This document shows positions 54,422-64,000 of a stretch of 64,000 bases of DNA, piece by piece (the first letter of the stretch is position 1; each line of letters starts with the position of its first letter). This DNA is from Mytilus trossulus. Taxonomy: Eukaryota. The stretch is from contig NC_086375.1 in NCBI RefSeq assembly GCF_036588685.1, positions 26,040,001-26,104,000 on the forward strand, in the 5' to 3' direction. The notes below the pieces were generated by a model, which saw only the letters and a program-made list of their open reading frames with translations, did not search any database and was not told the DNA's origin. A program made the translations under genes and the position numbers.

Positions 54422-57400
54422 CATTACTTGATACAATGGACGGAACGTTTAAGAAAAAAAAGACGATAGTGAAAATTGAGTTTTAGCTCATTCATCAAAA
54501 GAACTGTTTAAGAGGACGACTTTCAACGTAATGACAAATTACTTTCTGCCGAAAACGTTATGTTGCTTATAATTTTGAAGTTACGGATCCTAACTTCGAT
54601 AATTTATATTGTAGGTCTGGCAAGGGTAATATGAATTATGTTACTACATTTTTAGTGTACTTCTCAGTTCTGACCATCTCAATGCTTGATGAAATAGTAT
54701 AAAATTTGCAATATTAGGTCTGTTTTAGAAAAACATCAATCTGGACGCATTATGATGTGTCATTGATAAAATAGTATAATTCAAGACTACATAATATAGC
54801 AAGAAATACTTAAACTAAATCGACAAGGATATATATAAATATATTAAAGATAAGATACATTCATAACAAAAATAGACAGTGAAATGAAACTATATAAATT
54901 TATAACAGAGATCATTATAATGGTAAATAATTTGTCAAACAACTAAACATGCGTTGGTAAAGTAAAGTAAGAAGGTCAGAGATAATAACATATGTTTTGA
55001 TAGTTAATCATCACTATATATATTTTTGGCACGCGAGAGAAATCAAGATAAGATTTTTCTAAACTGGCAGTTTGCCTTCAGAAACAGGTTGAGATTTCTG
55101 AACAATCTGTCATATAGACATTAGTTTAACTTTCATAACACATCAGAATAATAATAACATACATTTATTTGATAAAGATTATATTACTGTAACAATTCTA
55201 GCACACAAAAAGGAGGGTAGAAAAATTAAAGAATTAAAAATAATAAAAATGAAAATAAATCAAATGAAGTAAAAGAAAAGAAAAAAAAAGAGTAAAAATC
55301 ATAAAAAATCTGGTGGAATTCAAACAATCAAGTCCGATCTTCCTCTATATATATATACATAAGAAAGTATTAACATGTTCAATATAAACGTTATAACAAC
55401 CACGTTGAGTTAAATTCTCTATAGTTTAAATGACAAAAAAGAGAGAGAGAATATGTTATTTTATTCACTTGCATATGGAGTACATAAGACACAGATCTTC
55501 ATATGACTTATTTTCGCGTGTTGGAGTACATCCAAAGACAGATCTCCAATATTTCGCAGGTGGACTTTTGTTCCACGGAAGAGGATCGGCATAATAATAT
55601 TATTATTTTTCATTGTGCATGCATCATACAATTTGTGTATGTATATGTATTTGTGTTTCATTTATTGCAAAAACAGTTCATAGGAAAAATTAAATAATCA
55701 CAATTAATAAGATTCAAAGATTAAAGTTAAATTCAAAACAAACATGTGAAAAAAAAATGAAATCAGGAGATTTCAAACTTAACAAGGGGGTAATGTTATG
55801 AAAGGATTTAGGGCACTTGTGGAAATAATTAGAAATTGAAATAAAATAGATCTTATTTAAACAAAAGTATATGTTTATAGGTGATAAAGATAGTTCCAAG
55901 TAAAATATTATATAAAGGTCAAATGATTCGTTGATATAGGAAAATAAAATAAGAAGAAAACACATAAAGAAAATAGCGAATAACAAGCATATCTTAGATG
56001 CATGATAAACAAAAATAGTACAAGTCAAGAACCTCATTAGTTATTTGGCACGCGTTTAGAAGGTTGCTAGGTCGACGGACAGATGTGTATGTCGAATTGA
56101 TATTACATCCAAGGTTATAACCATATTCACAGAATGTGTAGATACTACAGCATCATGAATATTCAGTAATATATTTAGGCACACAAGATTGTATAAATAA
56201 CCAATCAAAAAGTTTAGATACGAAGATTGACGTACACAAGATATTAATTAAAATTTAACAAATCTTTAATTATCAATTATAATAGAGATCGGAAATTGAA
56301 ATTCTTCCAAAAATATTATTTTATTTAATTTAAGAAATAAAAGTCCAAATGCTTTTCAAAAACAAATAAATACATTTTGCATATTATGAAGCAATATAAG
56401 TTTTGGCAACACATTCCAAGAAGCTCAATCTTGTCTGGGGAACAAGAATGTCGGGTAATGAGTAGTGACTATAAAAGCAAATATAAGTCTACTGCCCGTA
56501 CATTACATTACAATCCTTGTTCCAACCAGCAAATTGAGTTGTCTTATTTATTTCATTAAAAAGGTAAGTTATATAATGTTAATTAAAGTAATTTAATAAA
56601 ATAAATTAATTGCAGATTAATAGGAAATAATTCAATAAATATAATAGGTTTAATTCGAGCAATATTTGAAACAGAAATATATTTGTTATTGTTAAATGTT
56701 ATCTATATTTAATCTGTATGATTTATGCACTGTAATATTTTACGATAAAAAAGAAAAGAAACATTACATTACATTACATTACAATCCTTGTTCCAACCAG
56801 CAAATTGAGTTGTCTTATTTATTTCATTAAAAAGGGTAAGAAGGCGCGAGTCCCACTCTCGCTGCCAAGCAAGTCCACAACAACGACATGTAGTCCCCAG
56901 ATGTGCAAACATCCTTCTACCGACAAGAACTGTAGAAGAACGCAGAAAACAAGAAGAGACAAATCAACAACATGTAATCAATTAAGAAACCACCAAAGAC
57001 AATTCAAATACAAACATTAACAAGCGACCTCCAGGTTCAGTTTCCAACAACAATAATACAAAACCCTTCACAACATAGATCGCCAATACACCTCCTTTAT
57101 GTATTTGGTCCATACTGTTTCACACAAGAGAACGCCAAATTGTATACTCATAAATGTTCAATTATATCTTACTAGTATTTATTTTTTTAAATTTTGATCG
57201 TCAAATTTAAAGTTTTCCTACAAATTGACCAAACAAAAGAAAACATTCCAGCATACAGCAATATCAGAGGGCTGTAAGATTCGCCAAAATTTAACACAAT
57301 CTACCATTAATGAAACATTTTTTTTTCGAAGGAAGAACTAAGAGATGAAGCAATAGATCGCTGGTCTGAAATGATGGCGGAACCTACCACGTCTTTACCA

Positions 57401-58259
57401 AAAATAGAAAGTATGATTAAAGAGGTCCTAAGACTTTATCCAATAGCACCTTTCATTAGCAGACAAAACAATGTCCCTGTAAATCTGGGAAACATACACT
57501 TGGATGAACATGTAAGTTTCAACATATATAATGCAGTATATTTGTAAACCTTAGCTTCAACAGAGAATCAAGTTTCTGCAATGCTAGCTACTTTTTTTGT
57601 TATTCTAGGAATAATGGTTAATCCAATGGAAAACGCACATAAATGTTATTCGCCATTTACTTCAAGATTAAAATCAATATTTTTTTCTTGCAGTAATTGA
57701 TATAAAAACTGCGTCTGCATATTGATCGAGTCCGAATGGCATCAATACGTGTAACATTTGTTAATCAGAGGTCTATTTGACACACCAAAAACCTCTAGAA
57801 AAAATGTGTTATATCTTTATAGATTATCAAAGAATTATTACATAACACAAACATGTTCCATATTTATTTAGATAAAATTAACTTGGATTATATAATATTT
57901 CTAGTATTTGCTCATTTTTTGACAATATAATTTCATTTCAGAGTGATGTCGTTATTTTCACATGGGGAATTCACAGATCTCCGTACCTGTGGAAAGATTC
58001 AAAAGTATTTAAACCGTTCCGCTTTCTTGGAGAGGAAGCTTTGCATTCAAACATGTATATACCATTTGGAGCAGGATCTCGAGTGTGTATTGGACAACAT
58101 ATGGCGGTTCTGGAACTGCGTTTAGCTATAGCAATCTTACTTCATACTTTTACATTTTCAAAGAACCAATCCACACCAGACTTAAAGTTTGTTGTTGACT
58201 GGGCCCATGCTGTTGTGCACCCAGATAAAGATATGATGTTTACTTTAGAGAATGTTTAA
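47840..58259 (+). CDS. Divergent cytochrome P450, 5 exons, 455 aa (family not assignable by eye)
   Basis: Exons 47840-47914 (MADYHQIVSFCCIFCLKLICYIINV|gtaagt), 49074-49766, 50060-50161 (LFLMAGTETT), 57332-57511 (KEVLRLYP) and 57942-58259 (FKPFRF, PFGAGSRVCIG). Total 1368 nt, open frame, all introns phase 0 and GT-AG. Confidence 0.88.
48546..48821. mobile_element. Kolobok-like MITE (TTAA TSD) in P450 intron 1
   Basis: ttaa|ggtggtaccaaacac...gtgttgagtaccact|ttaa. Confidence 0.7.
50347..57075 (+). mobile_element. Non-autonomous Gypsy-type LTR retrotransposon (6729 bp) in intron 3 of the divergent P450
   Basis: 1282-bp LTRs at 50347-51628 and 55794-57075 (TGTT...AACA). TSD TAGA at 50343-50346 and 57076-57079. 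PBS-like TGGCGGAGG at 51632 and PPT AACAAGGGGG before the 3' LTR. Decayed integrase remnants (YYWP, CKTCQ, FERIHVDIL) at about 53100-53700. Confidence 0.93.
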
Positions 58260-58859
58260 TTGTCTTTTGAATTCTTAATAACATGCACTTCAAAACAGCT
58301 TGGACATAAGATGCATCGGCTAACTGGTATGTGGAAAAAACTATCCTGTTACATTTGTCGATTGGACTATATGCATGGCCCACTTCAGGAAACTTAAAAG
58401 TTAAATACAATTATGAGCACCAAAAACAGCTACAATAAAACATTCAGTGCCAAATATTTCGTAGCACTTTTTACTTGAGACATTTTTATCCATAGCCAAT
58501 GCCAATCACGATAAAGTTAAGTCATCAGCCAAAACCATGACTCATTAATTGCTGTGACCAATGCCGTTTTTATTAGTATATTTATTCAGGAACGTTTAGA
58601 TTAAGTCACTTTTTGAAAATTGAGCTGCTTGAGGCAATCTATGCGACAGGACAAACTTCATATTTTATTTCGTATTTGAATGTACCAAAATTTATGAAAG
58701 TCTCATACAAGTACATATATAAGCGCACTTGTATAAGGTCGATTTCGATCTGATATTTCAGAGCAGGTTTGACATGCATGCGTTCCGAAGTACGATATAA
58801 TAAAGTCCCGCATTAGGCGATGTTTGCTTGCAGATTTTAACATGAGGTTTAACATGTTT

Positions 58860-59415
58860 ATTTAGTCTTAGATGTATGATTTTATTTTATAAGTTGTAAG
58901 TGGCTTTGAACTAGCTGTCAGTAACTGCAAGTTATCTTTGGGATCTGTATGTATTGTCCTCTTGTTGTTTGGATATACAAGTACTCGGTCACGTCAACTC
59001 TGTGTAGTATTTGAATTTGTATCCATCTGATGAGTTAACCCTTTTCAATTCAAGTGTATAGTTCATTCTTATGTTGTTCTGTTACACCACTCTCCCAGGT
59101 TAGGGGGAGGGTTGGAATACCGCTAACATTCTGTATGTATGTGCCTGTCCCAAGTTAGGAACCTGTAATTCAATGGTTGTCTTTGCTTATTTGTAATATA
59201 TTTGTTTTTCATTCATTTTTGTACTTAAATTAGGCCGTTAGTTTTCTCGTTTTAAGTGTTTTACATTGTCATTTCGGGCCTTTTATAGCTGAGTGACTGC
59301 GCGGTATGGGCCTTGCTCGTTGTCGAAGGACGTACGGTGACTTATAGATGTTAATTTCTGTGTCATTTGGTCTCTTGTGGAGAGTTGTCAATCATACCAC
59401 ATCTTCTTTTTTATA
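58860..59415. mobile_element. Interspersed repeat, inverted copy of the 12180-12760 family
   Basis: Reverse-complement colinearity, e.g. gtggctttgaactagctgtcag vs ctgacagctagttcaaagcca. Confidence 0.7.
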
Positions 59416-60447
59416 TAATGGAAGAAACCCTAAGTCTTGATGACAGTTATATAGTGACCTTTTCAACATGCCGCCGAAATTAAACCATTCATGCATTAGA
59501 ACACATAATTATAAGTAGGAATCCACATGACAGCCTGGAGTTTTCAAGCAACAACAATGACAACTATTTTACAAAATAAGCTGTATTTGAAGTACATACC
59601 ACAAGACGTTGTTATATAAAAATAAGGATATGTGGTATGATTGCCAATGAGACAATTATCCGCCAAAGATCGAATAAAGTTGATATTTTATATTTATTGA
59701 CTGGGTATGAGTAGTTGAGTAGTATAGTATAGTAATTTTATTGTACTCCGAGACGAAAGTCTTGACATGAGGCGCAGCATCTTTATGGTTCCATGAAGTT
59801 GTAACAGGAAATTAACTACTTTTCAACAGCTGTGAAATGAACGAATTAATTGGCAATATAATGGCTTTGAAAAAGGTGGTATGAATTTTCGCAATGGATT
59901 TTGAAGTTTCGAAACATAAAATTGAGAATGGAAACGAGGAATATGTCAAAGAGACAGCAACCCCGACCAAGAGCAGGTGATTAGTATCTACGAGTTTACG
60001 AGATGTGCGAAATAGATAAACCAAACAAAGTAACACCCGTAGGTCCGGCTTCTATTGCATTTCAAGTGATATGTCGTTTTTTACATTAACATTTACAGAA
60101 ATATTAGAAAATACTATTTTGCTAGAATCATCACGCAAAATATTTAAGATATTTTTTTGCTAAAGCTCGAGATACTAACATACTGGCAGATTAGATCACA
60201 TTTAATAAGTTGATCATTTTTCTATTGTACTATCTTATAATTACATTAGATGTATGTTTCATTATAATACTTTATTTTGATTGGCTAACTGCACATCACT
60301 TGTTATTCCGTAAGCAATTGCATCACTCAATAAAACTTTTCATTCAAGATAACTCGTGGTCCCACAATAAAGTGCACAGGTGAATAACATACAAAAAATA
60401 TAAAATTCGTGTTTTCACGATCATAGCTGAAAAATGTAATTATAAGT

Positions 60448-60597
60448 ATTGAATGCTTCTTTTTGTAACTTTATAGGGTTGTAAAAGCGTTGACCGTGCG
60501 TATATTTTTAGTATGAAGCGCTTCCGCGCTTCATACAGAATGTACTTCGGTCAACGCTTTTACACCCCAATAAATTTACAAAAAGAAGCATTCAATT
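60448..60597. repeat. About 150-bp palindrome (probable transposon end or MITE)
   Basis: attgaatgcttctttttgtaa...ttacaaaaagaagcattcaat, with the inner stem gtatgaagcg/cgcttcatac. Confidence 0.75.
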
Positions 60598-60634
60598 CTT
60601 AAGTAAAATTATTAAAATATAAGTTTCAATATAT

Positions 60635-63074
60635 ACTTGAACACACCCGCGATATCGCGGGCATATGCAGCTTGTGAACTGTTGTAGGATGATTTTTTGT
60701 AAAAGATATTATGTATTGAGAATGACCTAAAAGGTAGCTTCCTTTTTCCAAAGTCCGATATTTGTTTCCTTTCTGTTAAATTCAATTAAAATTCGTGTTT
60801 CTGGCCTACGACCACAATTATTCTTCTCCTTTGCTACAATGCTTTTAAAAAATTGCACCGTTTCAAACATGAAATAAATGAAACTGCTTATATATAGACC
60901 ATTATTAGTCTAAAAAATATGCTTCTATGACAATCTATCAGTGCTTTTTTTTTGAGAGCCTTATTAATATGCCAATGGTAGGATTTGAATCATGTATAAA
61001 TGACTAATACCGACTAAGGCTAATTTGAGGGGTTGTCGTTTACATAAAAGGTATCTCCCTTTTTCCAAAGTCCGATATTTGTTTCCTTTTCGTTAAATTC
61101 ATTTATATTTGTGTTTCTGGCCTACGACCACACTTATTCTTCTCCTTTGCAACAATGCTTCTTTTGGTAAAAGTCAAATAAAATTAAAAATTTGCACCGT
61201 TTCAAACATGAAATAAATGTAACTGCTTATATATAGACCATTATTAGTCTAAAAATATGCTTCTATGACAATCCATCAGTGCTTTTTTTTTAGAGCCTTA
61301 TTAATATGCCAATGGTAGGATTTGAATCATGTATAAATGACTAATACCGACAAAGGCTAATTTAAGGGGTTGTCGATCGTTGGGGTCCTGATCCCGAAAT
61401 CCCTGGCTTAAAACCATGAAATCCCGAGATGCAGAATTTAAAGAAATTCATATCCCGAAATCGAAAAATATATTCCCGGATCCCGTAAAGATCAATCCCC
61501 AAATCCCGAGCTTAAAAACACCCGATCCCGACGCCCCGAAAAATTAAAGTCCTGTCTCCCTCTAATCTCTACCTTACTTTCATTTTTGCCAAATTACTAT
61601 TTTCCCTTTTAACGATAAATTATATATAGAAATTCCCTGACAGAATACAGAGAGTCTCTATATACTAAAGTAGTATAATCGTAGATGGTCCGAGCACACA
61701 GTTATTTCGTAGTGCATTTCTTTTAGACAATAAATGTAAATAAAAAAAATCCCACCTGCGCTTTCTCAATAATATTTTTACAGTGTGTTGTACTACCTTT
61801 GGGACAAATTATATCAAAATTATAGAAAACTTCATCAGCTCTAACTCAAAATATGGACAATTTTGTGTTAAGGGGGTCTTGAAATCTTTTGAAAGACTCC
61901 GAAGTGCTAATTTTTTACCTTTTTCGGCTGAACCTTATCACTACTTTACCTAAATATTTATGACCCAAATTTTTTTACAGTGTCATTTCAATCCCCAACT
62001 TGCTATATGAGGCATAACACATGGAGAATTAAATTTGGAAGGGGTATAACAAAAATTGGCAAGTAACACACTGTCCACATTAAGGACAAATCAAAGGACG
62101 ATAACTGTGTACTCGGACCAGATTACATGTAGATAAACGCGAAAAATAGTTGTCCTCTCTAAGGGATATAATAGTTGTGATTGTTGCTATCTAAACACCA
62201 TGATATGGAGAACGCTCTACCATTGGTTGTACTTGTGTCACATGTTTTACTTATTTTAATATAAATGCAACTGGTATGACCCCTTTGTAGATAAACGCGA
62301 AAAATATTTGTCCTCTCTAAGGGATATAATAGTTGTGATTTTTGCTATCTAAACACCATGATATGGAGAACGCTCTACGATTGGTTGTACTTGTGTCACA
62401 TGTTTTACTTATTTTAATATACTAGTAAATGCAACTGGTATGACCCCTTTGTAGATAAACGCGAAAAATATTTGTCCTCTCTAAGGGATGTACTAGTTGT
62501 GATTTTTGCTATCTAAACACTATGATATAGAGAACGCTCTACGATTGGTTGTACTTGTGTCACATGTTTTACGTATTTTAATATAAATGCAACTGGTATA
62601 ACCTCTTGAATAGTAAACATCTAAAAAAAAAAATATAGAAGACAGAATATAGAGATTCTCTATATATTAAAGAAGTATAATCGTAGTTTACATGTAGATA
62701 AACGCGAAAAATAATTGTTTTAAGGAGGTATCATAGTACTAAGTTGTGGTTCTTGCGATCTAAACACCATGATATTGAAAACGCTCTGATTGGCTTATCT
62801 AATTTTTTTTTGGTTATCTATCATACGATTGGTTGTATTTGTGCAAACAGGAAGTCTTATCTATGACTAAAAAGCAGTCTGATGAATGAATCATTTCCGG
62901 ACTCCTTTTTTGTCGTTTTTCTCCCAAAATAACTCAATCTGAATAATCATAAGAATGGATGACAAATGCGACTATGCATGTTACCTATAGGACACGGAGG
63001 CATGATGATTGATTTATTGTGGAAGGAAGAGAAGCGACACCCAAAATGAGGTCTTCTCGTTTAATAGTATAGAT
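60635..63074 (+). mobile_element. Helitron/Helentron-like non-autonomous element carrying tandem arrays (about 320 bp x2, about 158 bp x3) and a nested MITE
   Basis: 5' palindrome cccgcgatatcgcggg and 3' end tttaatagtatagat. Duplication at about 60727-61376. Tandem units gtagataaacgcgaaaaata at about 62129, 62287 and 62451, with a further related start at 62694. Confidence 0.5.
61687..62119. mobile_element. MITE (GGTCCGAG TIR family, inverted relative to 2392-2842)
   Basis: agat|ggtccgagcacacagtt...aactgtgtactcggacc|agat. Confidence 0.8.
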
Positions 63075-64000
63075 TACCCAAGATAATCGTTAATATCGCC
63101 TACGATCTTCTATAATGTTTCTATTTAATTTTATATGATTCATTAGATTTCTTGAGAAAAAGAACCCTGCATTAGTAGTAAAATGTTGGGGTATAATTTT
63201 CTGCACGTACATGTAACTCGTTTCTAGAGTTCGTACAAGAACTGTTTATATTTCTTAAAACTCATATATTACAATATATATATAAAAGTGTAAAAACTGC
63301 TGAAAATTTTCTTTGTTTGTTTTTTCAAAGAATTTTAACAAGTAATTTATTAAAAACCAACGTTTTATTTCGTTGATTGCAAAATTTGATGGCTTTAAAA
63401 TTGTAAAATTAGTTTAATTAATCTATGTACCCAAATGATATCTTAGTACTTTTATCCGTGATCTAGTTTACCTACAGTCAGAAGGATGGACTATATCACA
63501 TCGTAATGTTACATTCTCATGTACTATAATCAACCTTGATAGCTGCTTACGTGTTTTCAATTGGTCCGGTTATATAATGAATGGGTCTGAAACTGCCATA
63601 TGGTTCCTAAATATAGAAATTATTGACCAATTTGGTAAGACTATCATTTCCTTAGTATTATAAAACGTGCTTCAAGGTCATCAGTAAAGATGATCAGATA
63701 CGTTCATGGTTTGAAGAAATTACCAGAAATTACCAGAAATTACCAGAAGTATATTTGTGTAAATCTAAATAATGGTAATTGTGTCACCCACCTAAAAAGT
63801 CCTTCAAAGTTCATTAATATACTATCATAATGCATCAATTAAGTCTTTGTGTCTTCTCTACAATTAATTATCTTTTCGTCTTTTTATTTTTAGCCATGGC
63901 GTTGTCAGTTTGTTTTCAATCTGAGTTTGACTATCCCTCTGGTATCTTTCGTTTCGTCTTCTATGCATCAATTAAACTATATTCTTGCGTTTTATTGTCA

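Overview
AT-rich, intron-containing, repeat-dense animal DNA, probably a bivalve mollusc of the Mytilus type (inferred from the gene and repeat families, not proven). I reconstructed five intact protein-coding genes within about 53 kb, and all five encode small-molecule tailoring enzymes. (1) A 12-exon CYP4-clan P450 (+, 5549-15499, 492 aa). (2, 3) Two tandem, intron-poor flavin monooxygenases (-, 22660-24813 and 30456-32804). (4) An intronless class I SAM-dependent transferase with a DPACSTG motif, resembling 3-amino-3-carboxypropyl (ACP) transferases of the nocardicin Nat type (-, 44234-45427). (5) A short, divergent 5-exon P450 transcribed head-to-head with it (+, 47840-58259, 455 aa). Together they look like an animal biosynthetic gene cluster. 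The chemistry (phenolic O-aminocarboxypropylation, then N-oxidation/decarboxylation to a cyanoethyl ether) fits the mollusc bursatellin/oxazinin nitriles; this assignment is inference. The rest is mobile DNA: a recently inserted non-autonomous Gypsy-type LTR element inside the second P450, a 4.4-kb IS3EU-like element with nested insertions, many MITEs, LINE/PLE/SINE fragments, Helentron-like elements and tandem arrays.
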